This document shows, piece by piece, positions 17,709-26,967 of a stretch of 64,000 nt of DNA. Each line of letters opens with the position of its first letter. Position 1 is the first letter of the stretch. A model generated the notes under the pieces. The model had not been told where the DNA came from. It did no database searches and worked only from the letters and a program-made list of their open reading frames with translations. A program made the position numbers and the translations under genes. This DNA is from Dehalococcoidia bacterium (lineage in GTDB: Bacteria; Chloroflexota; Dehalococcoidia; SZUA-161; SpSt-899): contig JBGLNL010000001.1 in the NCBI GenBank assembly GCA_041300025.1, positions 1,598,005-1,662,004 on the forward strand, written 5' to 3'.

Positions 17709-17975
17709 AAGACGTTCATACTCATGCCGAATGGTATCTTCAATGTCGACTATGGAAACACCCGCCTCAACACCTAAAACCGCCCGGCCTAGAACAAATA
17801 TACCTTTTTATGAGCTATCTTGATAAGCATTTAAAATTTTTAAGGCCGAGCTTAGGATTCCACGTTCCGGGACGAGGTATTTTTCGGCTGCTTCCCGAAG
17901 GGTATCGAGTAACCGGTTGAAAGCTTTATTAGAATTGCTCATGATAATTTCCTGTAATATTCCATCTGTGGCGCA

Positions 17976-18980
17976 TTATAAGCCGTCCGGCCCCAGCCGT
18001 GGGGAATCAGGGCAACAATTTTCAGCAATTTCATAGACGTTTTTGTTTCTGCGATTGCGGATGACGGACGCTATTACGGCAACAAACAGTACGAAAACGA
18101 CCACGCCCAGCGCGATCGCCGTTGGCATCTTGTAAAAATGCTCGATCAGCATCTTAACGCCTACGAACATCAGGATGATGACGAGCCCATATTTGAGGTA
18201 GTGGAAAAGCGGCATGATGCCGGCCAGCGCAAAATAGAGCGACCGCAGTCCGAGGATGGCGAAGATATTCGATGTGTATATGATGAATTTATCGGTTGTT
18301 ATGGAAAAGGCTGCCGGTATCGAATCCAGAGCAAAGACTAAGTCAGTCGTTTCGATGACCACAACTGCGATAAGGAGCGGCGTGGCCACACGCTTACCGA
18401 GCTGCTTTATAAAGAACTTATCGCCATCATAACAATCGGTGACGCCGACAAACCTGCGCAGGAGTTTCAGTAGTGGATTCTTATCCGGGTGCATTTCTCT
18501 TTCTTTCTGGAAGGCCATTCTGAGAGCGGCGATCACCAGAAGTGCCCCGAAGACGTAGAAGGCCCAGTCGAATCGTTCCAGCAGTTCTGCTCCCACCTCG
18601 ATGAATCCCAGCCGCAGCACTATTGCGCCGATGACTCCCCAGAAAAGGACCTTGTGCTGGTAGGCTAAGGGCACGGAGAAGAAGGAAAAGACCATGAGGA
18701 AGACGAATAGATTATCTACGCTGAGCGATTTCTCGATCAGGTAGCAGGTGAGATAATTCAGAGCCGGGTCGCTGCCGCGCCACAGCCACAGTCCCAGATT
18801 GAAGAGGAGTGCCAGAGTGATCCAGAAGGCGGTCCACAGCAGCGATTGTTTGATAGTGATGGTCTGAGACTTGCGGTGGAATACCTTCATATCCATAACG
18901 AGCAATACGGCTATGATAGCTCCGAATGCCAGCCATGCCCACAGCGGCATTTCAGTTGAGGTTACAATTTCATTATCCAT
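17976..18980 (-). CDS. TerC family integral membrane protein
   Basis: 334 aa and multi-TM; YLTCYLIEKSLSVDNLFVFLMVF and FALDSIPAAF are TerC signatures. Confidence 0.85.
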   Translation of the reverse strand: MDNEIVTSTEMPLWAWLAFGAIIAVLLVMDMKVFHRKSQTITIKQSLLWTAFWITLALLFNLGLWLWRGSDPALNYLTCYLIEKSLSVDNLFVFLMVFSFFSVPLAYQHKVLFWGVIGAIVLRLGFIEVGAELLERFDWAFYVFGALLVIAALRMAFQKEREMHPDKNPLLKLLRRFVGVTDCYDGDKFFIKQLGKRVATPLLIAVVVIETTDLVFALDSIPAAFSITTDKFIIYTSNIFAILGLRSLYFALAGIMPLFHYLKYGLVIILMFVGVKMLIEHFYKMPTAIALGVVVFVLFVAVIASVIRNRRNKNVYEIAENCCPDSPRLGPDGL

Positions 18981-19048
18981 GGCATGCTTATTTCAGCAAT
19001 CTCGACAATTATGGATGATTCATGGCGGGTTGGCAAGATGGGAATTGA

Positions 19049-19091
19049 TACTCCAGACCCCCGAAGCACCACTTGTTCACAAGGTGCCTTA
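19049..19091 (+). repeat. partial (right-end) copy of the MITE-like element, copy G
   Basis: tccagacccccgaagcaccacttgttcacaaggtgccttag versus copy A cccagacccccgaagtcaccacttattcagaggttccctaa. The stop codon of the downstream minus-strand ORF lies in its terminal TTAG. Confidence 0.6.
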
Positions 19092-20897
19092 GATAGCTTC
19101 CACTTTTACCGGAATCCCGTCCAGCATAACCATCCCGGCAAAGGGTTCAAGCTTGGTCCAATCATCATCGGTGATCAGATTAACGTTCACTCCGCGCTTT
19201 TCCACAGCCATCTGGGGCACGTTCTGAACCGTCCGGCCCCAGCCGTGGGGAATCCAGATAACCCCTTTCATCAGCTCATCGGTTACCTTCGCCGATATTT
19301 CTATGGAGCCGACTTTGCTGGAAACCCGCACCGTTTGACCGTCTGTAATATCCAGTTCACCGGCATCCTGTGGATTCACATAGCAGTAATTTGTCTCGCC
19401 CCGGACGTGAATCCAGCTATTGATAGTTTCCACTTTCCGGCCGCTGATAAGCGAAAGGGGATATTCGTCGTTCTGCGGAACCTTATATTCCCGCAGCTTT
19501 TCCAGTTCCGGTAGATATTCATCGGGAAGAAGGCAGATACGCCTGTCGGGCAGGTTGATTGCATCGGGAATCAGGACGTCATGACGGCCTTCTTTCAGGA
19601 ATATGCCTCGCTTTGAGAGGTGCATTTCTTCGAACTTTGCCTGATCCTCGCCGGGGAACAGCATTTTGAGAACCTCGAACGGATTTTTACCCAGAGTGGG
19701 AATGCCCATTTTTTCACTCAGCAGGTTGAATATCTCCCATTCGTCTTTGACCTCTCCTTCGGGCTCGACCACCGCCGGTGAGTAGTGAACGAACCCCATC
19801 GGATTGAAGGCCGCCATAAAGTGTGAATACTCTTCTCTCTCTAAAAAAGTGGTAGCCGGCAGAATGTAATCCGCCAGCGTGCCGGTATCGTTCATGAATA
19901 CGTCGATGGAGACCAGAAGGTCAAGATTCTTCAGTGCCTTTTCCAGTTTTCCTGCGTTGGGAAGGCTGATGAGCGGGTCGCCGGACATAACCAGCATGGC
20001 GCGAATCTGGCCTTCTCCCGGCGTGAGAATCTCATCTGCCAGCGTAGCTGCGGGCATGCAGCTTACAACCGCCGGAAAGTTGCCAATCCGGCTGCGCCTG
20101 GGTTCGTCCTGTTCGGTCAGATCGTTGAGCCGGGCAATATTATAGAATCCGGCTGAATATCGGTTTCCCCGCTTATCAATATTGCCGGTGATGAAATTGA
20201 GCGTATCTACGGCCCATGCTTTTAACGTGGCAAAAGGCCCGCGGTCCGTCCCCACACGGCCGTAAACGGATGCTCCGCCTCTGGCTGAAGCGGCGAGGAA
20301 ATCCTCGGTCATTTTGATTATTTCCTCTTTTGCGATACCGGTAACGCCAGCTATTTTATCGAGATCCTTTCCAAACCCTGCGGCTACTCGACGCAATTTA
20401 TCAAAACCGGTGGAGTATTTCTCGATAAATTCCCTGTCTTCCCGGTGATTTTTCAGGATGTAATGGATCATCCCCATCAGGAGATAGATATCGCTGTTCG
20501 GCCGGATGAAATGGTGTTCCCCAATTGCTTTGGCCGCCTCCGTCTTTCTGGGATTAATCCAGACAATTTTGCATCCGCGAGCCTGCATTTCTTTCAGTTT
20601 CTCCAGTGGATGCGCGCAGTTGACAAAGGTGAAGTGTGAAGCCAGTGGATTGCTTCCCATCACCAGAAAATAGTCGATTGTATCGAGGGCCGGAAAGATA
20701 ATGGTAAACGAGGAACCGTAGAATCTTTTTGAATGGGCAAACTTATTAGAGCAATCCTGAGTGCCGGGCCCGTACGAGTTCCGGGTTCCGATGAAATTCA
20801 TGAAGGCACCGGAATACAAAACTGCTGAATAGGAATAGGCCAGCACGTTACCCATGTAAGCGCCGATGGAATCGGGCCCGTGTTTTGTTTTTATTTC
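19089..20897 (-). CDS. molybdopterin (bis-MGD) oxidoreductase catalytic subunit, 5'-truncated
   Basis: KHGPDSIGAYMGN..., VMGSNPLASH, KIVWINPRKTEAA and the C-terminal beta-barrel domain DGQTVRVSSKVGSIEISAKVTDELMKGVIWIPHGWG are present. The N-terminal 4Fe-4S domain is missing. Homology ends at about 20897, where the obg fragment begins. Confidence 0.75.
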   Translation of the reverse strand, partial: EIKTKHGPDSIGAYMGNVLAYSYSAVLYSGAFMNFIGTRNSYGPGTQDCSNKFAHSKRFYGSSFTIIFPALDTIDYFLVMGSNPLASHFTFVNCAHPLEKLKEMQARGCKIVWINPRKTEAAKAIGEHHFIRPNSDIYLLMGMIHYILKNHREDREFIEKYSTGFDKLRRVAAGFGKDLDKIAGVTGIAKEEIIKMTEDFLAASARGGASVYGRVGTDRGPFATLKAWAVDTLNFITGNIDKRGNRYSAGFYNIARLNDLTEQDEPRRSRIGNFPAVVSCMPAATLADEILTPGEGQIRAMLVMSGDPLISLPNAGKLEKALKNLDLLVSIDVFMNDTGTLADYILPATTFLEREEYSHFMAAFNPMGFVHYSPAVVEPEGEVKDEWEIFNLLSEKMGIPTLGKNPFEVLKMLFPGEDQAKFEEMHLSKRGIFLKEGRHDVLIPDAINLPDRRICLLPDEYLPELEKLREYKVPQNDEYPLSLISGRKVETINSWIHVRGETNYCYVNPQDAGELDITDGQTVRVSSKVGSIEISAKVTDELMKGVIWIPHGWGRTVQNVPQMAVEKRGVNVNLITDDDWTKLEPFAGMVMLDGIPVKVEAI

Positions 20898-21506
20898 GAG
20901 AAAAGAGAACTGGTTCTAGACCTGAAGTTGCTGGCTGACGTGGGATTGCTGGGACGGCCGAATGTTGGTAAATCGACCCTTATTAACAACGTTTCTGCCG
21001 CTAAGTCAAAAGTCGATAGCTATCCGTTTACCACATTGGAGCCAAAGCTGGGGGTGGTAGAGATGGGATATGAGTCATTCGTCATTGCGGATATTCCGGG
21101 ACTAATAGAAGGGGCTCATGCCGGGCACGGACTGGGACATAATTTCCTGAGACATATAGAGCGCACCCGGGTTTTAATTCATATTATCGATGGAACCACA
21201 CAGAACCCTCTGGCGGACTTTGAGGAAATAAATCGGGAACTCTTTCTTTTTAACTCTCTGCTCAAGGAGAAGCCCCAGATTGTGGCGGTGAACAAGATTG
21301 ATATTTCTTCGGTTCGGGAAAGCGTGCGGGAATTGGAGACAAACCTTGCCGGGATTGGGGTTCCGGTGTACTTTATTTCTGCGGCAACCGGGGAGGGTGT
21401 GCCCGACCTTATGAATAAGACCCTGGAAATTTTGAGTAAAGTCAATCCCCCTCCAATGGAAGAGAAAAAGGAATTCAGGGTATTTCGGCCAAAGCCCATC
21501 AACTAA
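20898..21506 (+). CDS. obg: GTPase Obg, GTPase domain only (N-terminal Obg fold missing)
   Basis: EKRELVLDLKLLADVGLLGRPNVGKSTLINNVSAAKSKVDSYPFTTLEPKLGVV...IADIPGLIEGAHAGHGLGHNFLRHIERT. Confidence 0.85.
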   Translation, partial: EKRELVLDLKLLADVGLLGRPNVGKSTLINNVSAAKSKVDSYPFTTLEPKLGVVEMGYESFVIADIPGLIEGAHAGHGLGHNFLRHIERTRVLIHIIDGTTQNPLADFEEINRELFLFNSLLKEKPQIVAVNKIDISSVRESVRELETNLAGIGVPVYFISAATGEGVPDLMNKTLEILSKVNPPPMEEKKEFRVFRPKPIN

Positions 21507-21515
21507 GGTAATTGC

Positions 21516-22118
21516 GTGAGGATAGGACTTCTCGGGGGCACTTTCGATCCGATCCACCTGGGACATCTCGCTATAGCCGAGGATGTGAGGATGAAACTCG
21601 GGCTGGATCGGGTGGTATTTATTCCCGCCGGAAATCCGTGGTTTAAGTCGAATCAGGAGATATCTGCAGGAGAGCATCGGCTGGAGATGGTGAAACTGGC
21701 TATAGCCCCCAATCCGCACTTTGAGGTCTCCGGGCTGGAAATGGAGCGGCCGGGGCCTTCTTACACCGTCGATACCGTCAAAGCTTTAAAAGAAGAATCT
21801 GGCGCTGAGGACGAGTTATACTTTATCGCTGGCGCGGATGCTGTCATGGATATACCTCACTGGAAGAAACCGGAGGAGCTTGTGGCTCTGTGCCGGATCG
21901 TCGGTGTGAACAGGCCGGGTGCCCCAGCGATCGACGTAGAGGCGCTGAAATCCCGGCTGCCGGCGATTTCAAATTCCCTGATAGTAGTTGATGTGCCACA
22001 GGTCGATATCGGTTCTACAGCGGTCAGAGCGATGGTCAGGAGCGGTCGATCCATCAAGGGCGTGGTGCCGGCGGCGGTAGAACGTTATATCATTGAGCAC
22101 AAGTTATATCTATCCTGA
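21516..22118 (+). CDS. nadD: nicotinate-nucleotide adenylyltransferase
   Basis: MRIGLLGGTFDPIHLGHLAIAE...; 200 aa. Confidence 0.9.
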   Translation: MRIGLLGGTFDPIHLGHLAIAEDVRMKLGLDRVVFIPAGNPWFKSNQEISAGEHRLEMVKLAIAPNPHFEVSGLEMERPGPSYTVDTVKALKEESGAEDELYFIAGADAVMDIPHWKKPEELVALCRIVGVNRPGAPAIDVEALKSRLPAISNSLIVVDVPQVDIGSTAVRAMVRSGRSIKGVVPAAVERYIIEHKLYLS

Positions 22119-22135
22119 ATACGCAGGAGGGACAA

Positions 22136-22699
22136 TTGGGATTTTTAGAAGAGATTGAGCGGTTAAAGGAACTGGTTATAGAAAAATCATTCCGGTATGG
22201 ATATTTCACCCTGTCTTCAGGGCAGGAAAGCCTGTATTACTTCGATGGGCGGCTCACAACCCTTTCTCCAGAGGGGGCGTTTCTTGTAGGAAGGAGGGTT
22301 TTCTCATTAGTGCGGGAAGCTGGTGTCGATGCGGTCGGTGGGCCTACTCTGGGTGCAGACCCCATTGTCGCGGCGGTGGCGCTGATCAGCTATCAGGAAG
22401 GACACCCCGTTCCTGCTTTCATCGTAAGAAAGGAACCCAAAAAGCACGGCACTCAGCGGCACATTGAAGGGGATTTCCCTGAAGGAGGGACGGTGGCCAT
22501 TGTGGATGACGTGATAACCTCCGGCGGATCGATTCTGCGGGCTATAGAGGTGGTGGAAGCGGCGGGGGGGCGAGTTGGCAAGGTAATCGCCCTGTTGGAT
22601 CGCCAGCAGGGCGGCTCCGATGAACTACGCAGTCGTGGTTACAGCTTCATTTCCCTTTTTATTGCTGATGAAAAAGGGAATGTGAGCATAAGTTTGTAA
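22136..22699 (+). CDS. pyrE: orotate phosphoribosyltransferase
   Basis: FTLSSGQESLYYFD and the PRPP loop VAIVDDVITSGGSI. Confidence 0.9.
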   Translation: MGFLEEIERLKELVIEKSFRYGYFTLSSGQESLYYFDGRLTTLSPEGAFLVGRRVFSLVREAGVDAVGGPTLGADPIVAAVALISYQEGHPVPAFIVRKEPKKHGTQRHIEGDFPEGGTVAIVDDVITSGGSILRAIEVVEAAGGRVGKVIALLDRQQGGSDELRSRGYSFISLFIADEKGNVSISL

Positions 22700-23911
22700 T
22701 CAGCTTGCGATCACCGTGGGCCCTTCGCCGAAAGGCTCGTCGGGAACTAGGGATTCCTCCGGCTTATCAATCAGAGCAATTGAAGCCACGCTATCGCCTT
22801 TGTTGAGCCTTATTGTCCTTACCCCCTGAGTGCTGCGCCCGAACTTGGATATCCCTTTCAGCAGGGTCCGTATAATGGTTCCGTTTTTGGTGGTTACCAT
22901 TAACTGCTGGTTCAGGTCTACCACCGCAGCGTCTTTTACCGGGCCGGTTTTTTCGTTTACAAGGTGGGCCCGTATCCCACTACCGCCGCGGATTTGCTGG
23001 CGGTATTCGTCTACAGGAGTGCGTTTCCCGTACCCGTTCTGGGTGACTGTCAGCACGAATGCGTTGGGGCGAATAATATCCATGGCTACCGCCCGGTCAT
23101 CGCCGATTAGCCGGATGCCGCGAACCCCTCCGCTGGTTCGTGAGGCGGTGCGCAGTTTGTCAACTGAAAATCTGATGGACTGCCCTTTACGTGTGACGAT
23201 AATAGCATCATTTTCCTGGGTTGCAGCCTTTACCGAGATCAGGCTATCGCCCTTTTCAACATTCATCGCTATGATCCCGGTACTTCGGATAGCGGAGAAC
23301 CGTTTGAGTTCGGATTTTTTAACCTCCCCTTTTTCGGTGGCCATGACAATGAAACCATCCTCCGGGAAATTAGAGGCCGACATTATAGCGGTGATATGCT
23401 CATTGTTTTCTATGGGAATCAGATTTATTATGGGCAATCCTTTGGCCTGGCGGGTGCTTTCCTGGGGCAACTGATAGCATTTGAGGCGGAAGACCCGACC
23501 TCTGGTGGTGAAGAAAAGCAGGGTATCGTGGGTATCGGTGATGAGCAGATGGCGCACATCATCGGTTTCCTGCACCTTCATCCCGCTGACCCCCTTGCCT
23601 CCCCTGTGCTGGGTCCGGTATGTATGGCTGGGCAACCGTTTGACATATCCGCGGTCGCTCACGGTAACCACTACCTGCTGATGGGCTATCAGTTCCTCGT
23701 CGGTGAAACCCCCTATCTCCTCGTCATTTAACTCTGTACGGCGCTCATCACCATACTTTTCACTGATTCTGAGCATTTCTTCCTTGATGAGATAATCGAT
23801 TTTTCGGGGATTGGCGAGCAGGTCTTCCAGATAAGCGATGGTCTGTAAAAGTTCGGCGTATTCGTCGTCGATTTTCTGCCTTTCCATTGCTGCCAGCCGG
23901 CGCAGTTGCAT
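22700..23911 (-). CDS. gyrA: DNA gyrase subunit A, 3' part (end of the coiled-coil/tower region plus the C-terminal beta-pinwheel domain)
   Basis: [61 protein letters not shown], then repeated GyrA-CTD blades ([78 protein letters not shown]). It is part of track ORF 22700..24775. Confidence 0.9.
   Translation of the reverse strand: MQLRRLAAMERQKIDDEYAELLQTIAYLEDLLANPRKIDYLIKEEMLRISEKYGDERRTELNDEEIGGFTDEELIAHQQVVVTVSDRGYVKRLPSHTYRTQHRGGKGVSGMKVQETDDVRHLLITDTHDTLLFFTTRGRVFRLKCYQLPQESTRQAKGLPIINLIPIENNEHITAIMSASNFPEDGFIVMATEKGEVKKSELKRFSAIRSTGIIAMNVEKGDSLISVKAATQENDAIIVTRKGQSIRFSVDKLRTASRTSGGVRGIRLIGDDRAVAMDIIRPNAFVLTVTQNGYGKRTPVDEYRQQIRGGSGIRAHLVNEKTGPVKDAAVVDLNQQLMVTTKNGTIIRTLLKGISKFGRSTQGVRTIRLNKGDSVASIALIDKPEESLVPDEPFGEGPTVIAS
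23813..23911 (-). repeat. 99-bp segment identical (reverse complement) to 53158-53256
   Basis: Base-by-base comparison by eye finds a 99/99 match. It encodes [33 protein letters not shown] in both copies. Confidence 0.9.
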
Positions 23912-24775
23912 AGCCCCATGCAATACTCCATCGCTTCCGAGCATCAATGTAGCGCAGTGCTCTTGCCCATCGAGCCCTCTCCCTGCCGCTTCAACCCCGA
24001 CGAGTTTGACCTTCTCATCTTCGAGGAAGGCATGGAAAATTCCTATGGCATTGCTTCCGCCACCGACGCAGGCCACAATGTAATCGGGAAGCCGGTTATA
24101 TTTTGAAAGTATCTGCTCCCTGGTCTCCCTGCCGATGATCGATTGCAAATCTCTCACCATCATCGGATACGGGTGCGGGCCCACGACCGATCCGATCAAA
24201 TAATGGGTGGTGCGCACGTTGGTTACCCAGTCGCGAATGGCCTCGTTGATGGCGTCCTTCAGTGTGCGGCTCCCTGAAAGCACCGGCCGGACCTCGGCTC
24301 CCAGTATTTTCATGCGGAAGACGTTGGAAGATTGTCGATGAATATCCTCTTCCCCCATGTAGACGATGCATTCGAGCCCGAGCAGGGCGCAAATGGTGGC
24401 TGTAGCCACGCCATGCTGACCGGCTCCGGTTTCGGCAATGATGCGCTTCTTGCCCATGCGCCGGGCCAGTAGCCCTTGTCCGAGAGCGTTGTTTATCTTG
24501 TGAGCGCCGGTGTGGGCCAGATCCTCCCGTTTAAGCAGGATTTTAGCCCCGCCCATTTTTTGTGAGAGCCTTTTGGCGTAATAAAGCGGTGTGGGTCTGC
24601 CCACATATTCACGGCATAGATCGTTGAATTCATCCCAGAAGCCATGGTCCTTGCGGGCTTCCTCATATGCCTGATTGAGTTCTTTTAAGGCCGGCATCAG
24701 TGTTTCCGGGACGAATTTTCCACCCCAGATACCAAAGTGCCCTCTTTCATCTGGTAGTTTTGTTTTCAAATTCAT
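23912..24775 (-). CDS. trpB: tryptophan synthase beta chain, 5' 288 codons only, fused in frame to the gyrA 3' part
   Basis: [55 protein letters not shown], ends ...GSDGVLHGA. About the C-terminal 100 residues are missing. Confidence 0.9.
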
Positions 24776-24851
24776 TTTCCTGGTGCCTCTCTCAAGATTT
24801 GAGGGTTGTGTTTATCTGGATCGTATTTCATTTTGGCATGCTGGCATGGGT

Positions 24852-25457
24852 TCAAAATTCTGAGCACTTACATTTGAGGATGAAATCCTGCATTTTCCGA
24901 TGGTCTTTCTTCCCCGGTTCCCGCTCGACCCCGCTGGCAACGTCCACAGCGTAAGGTTGCGCTATCCTGATGGCCTCGGAAACATTATCCGGTGTCAGGC
25001 CTCCTGCCAGTATCACCCGCCCGTAATCCCTCAGTTTTCTGGCGATTGGCCACAGTTTTTCCGGCGGGGTATCAGAGCCTTTTTGTTTATCTATCATGAA
25101 GGCTGCCACCTGATAGCGCTGGGCCTCCTCAAATGACGTCAGGGTTTCTGGCGTGAAGGTCTTAATGACTTTAGGAAATAGTTCGGCACAAAATTCTGGC
25201 CCCTCATCGTGATGAAGCTGGGCTATGTCAAGTCCACAGTTTGCCATGATCGATTTTATTTCCGGAAGAGGATGCCCCATGAAAACGCCTACTTTGGTCA
25301 CGAATGGCGGCAGTTCGGTTATGATTAGGTTAGCCGTCTCTGGGGTCACCTGCCGGGCACTATGGGCAAAGATGAATCCCAGCGCGTCTGCGCCGAACTC
25401 CACAGCGGCCAGCGCATCTTCCAGATTGGTTATTCCGCAAATCTTTACCTTTATCAT
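24852..25457 (-). CDS. trpF: phosphoribosylanthranilate isomerase
   Basis: MIKVKICGITNLEDALAAVEFGADALGFIF; 201 aa; located between trpC and trpB. Confidence 0.85.
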   Translation of the reverse strand: MIKVKICGITNLEDALAAVEFGADALGFIFAHSARQVTPETANLIITELPPFVTKVGVFMGHPLPEIKSIMANCGLDIAQLHHDEGPEFCAELFPKVIKTFTPETLTSFEEAQRYQVAAFMIDKQKGSDTPPEKLWPIARKLRDYGRVILAGGLTPDNVSEAIRIAQPYAVDVASGVEREPGKKDHRKMQDFILKCKCSEF

Positions 25458-25573
25458 GATAATATCTCAACCGCCGAGTTCGCAAAGGACGCAGAGCAAG
25501 CTGGTTTTGGCTGCCTATCCAACCATCGACTACTTATTCCTCGGCGAACTCCGTGTTCTCTACGGTGAGCAAT

Positions 25574-26344
25574 TTATCCGAGTAACTCCTTGATCTTTGC
25601 TGCCGGATCAGGGCTTTTGACCAGCACCTCTCCCACCAGTATGGCGTTCACTCCGGCTGTCTCAAGTTTTTCGACATCTTCCCTGGATATAATACCGCTT
25701 TCGCTGACCAAAATCTTATTTATCGGGATAAAGGGACGCAATTCAAGCGTTGTCTGTAAGCTGACGCTGAAATCTGCCAGATTGCGATTATTGATGCCGA
25801 TGATCTTCGGGTCAAGTTCCAGGATTTGCTCCAGTTCCTCTCGATTATGTACCTCGATCAGTGCAGTCATGGCCAGTTCGTTTACCAGCCGATAGAGCCG
25901 GGTCAACTCTTTAATTGGGAGGGCAGCAGCGATCAGCAGCACGATGTCGGCCCCGATGGCTCTGGCTTCCCATATCTGATACGGGTCGACGATGAAATCC
26001 TTGCGCAGGATCGGCACTTTAACAGCTTGCCGGACAGCTTCGAGATCGCCTGTACTTCCCTTGAAGTATTCCGTTTCGGTCAGCACGGATATGGCTGAGG
26101 CCCCGCCCTTTTCGTATGTTCTTGCCAGAGCTACTGGATCAAGGTCAGGAGCCAGCAATCCTCTGGAAGGGGAAGCACGTTTGATTTCAGCGATCAGGTT
26201 GATCCCCGGTTTGCTCAGGACCGCAGTAGCATCTTTGGGGGATTGCTGGCTCAGGCATATGGATTTCAACTCATCCAGTGGACGTTTTGCCTTTCGAGCC
26301 TTCAATTGCTTGCGGGTGGTGTCGATAATTTCGTCCAGAATCAT
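25574..26344 (-). CDS. trpC: indole-3-glycerol phosphate synthase
   Basis: LIAEIKRASPSRG, SVLTETEYFKGS, ILRKDFIVDPYQI, GINNRNL. Confidence 0.9.
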   Translation of the reverse strand: MILDEIIDTTRKQLKARKAKRPLDELKSICLSQQSPKDATAVLSKPGINLIAEIKRASPSRGLLAPDLDPVALARTYEKGGASAISVLTETEYFKGSTGDLEAVRQAVKVPILRKDFIVDPYQIWEARAIGADIVLLIAAALPIKELTRLYRLVNELAMTALIEVHNREELEQILELDPKIIGINNRNLADFSVSLQTTLELRPFIPINKILVSESGIISREDVEKLETAGVNAILVGEVLVKSPDPAAKIKELLG

Positions 26345-26871
26345 TTTTGCTGTGTCTCTTCCCCGGTTGTCTTTCGCTCTGCCAGAGTACGGTATCCGAT
26401 ATAGATAAGGATGACCAGTCCCAGCGCCACTCCTATGAACCGTGCGGTGTTATTCAGATCGGGTTGGGAGATGGCATAGATTATGATCCCCAGACCGCCG
26501 ATCGTCATCCCCGGTTTGAGGATATCCAGCCGCAGCTTGAGTTCCAGTCCCAGTATTATGCAAAGAAGGCCGATGGGATAGGCGATGAAGAAAATTGTCT
26601 GATGATGGTCTACCATGTTATCATTGTGGGTTTCCCATGCCTGCTGATTCAGTTCGTTCCATTCCTTCCATTTGGCTTCGCTTGCTTCCTGCTCGGCCTT
26701 CAATTGCGCATAATCCTCGCTTTCGGCCGGTGGTTCGATATCAGGGTAGGGTCTGATCAGATATTCTGGTGGCTGACCGATATCGGAAAGTTCCGGAGGC
26801 TCGTAGAAGGCGTCAATGCCGAAGGAAACTGACATGATCAGAAAGGCTGCTATGATCAGAGCATAGACCAC
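26341..26871 (-). CDS. hypothetical membrane protein
   Basis: 176-aa ORF with a GTG start, an N-terminal TM, an acidic/coiled middle and three C-terminal TM stretches. Its stop overlaps the trpC start by 4 nt. Confidence 0.4.
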   Translation of the reverse strand: MVYALIIAAFLIMSVSFGIDAFYEPPELSDIGQPPEYLIRPYPDIEPPAESEDYAQLKAEQEASEAKWKEWNELNQQAWETHNDNMVDHHQTIFFIAYPIGLLCIILGLELKLRLDILKPGMTIGGLGIIIYAISQPDLNNTARFIGVALGLVILIYIGYRTLAERKTTGEETQQK

Positions 26872-26967
26872 CTTGATTGCGTTGGTAATGCTGTTTTTCC
26901 GTGGACATTCACATTGAATATAACCGTGGAATAGGGCTTGATAACAGACATCAAGCTGATGCAGTAA

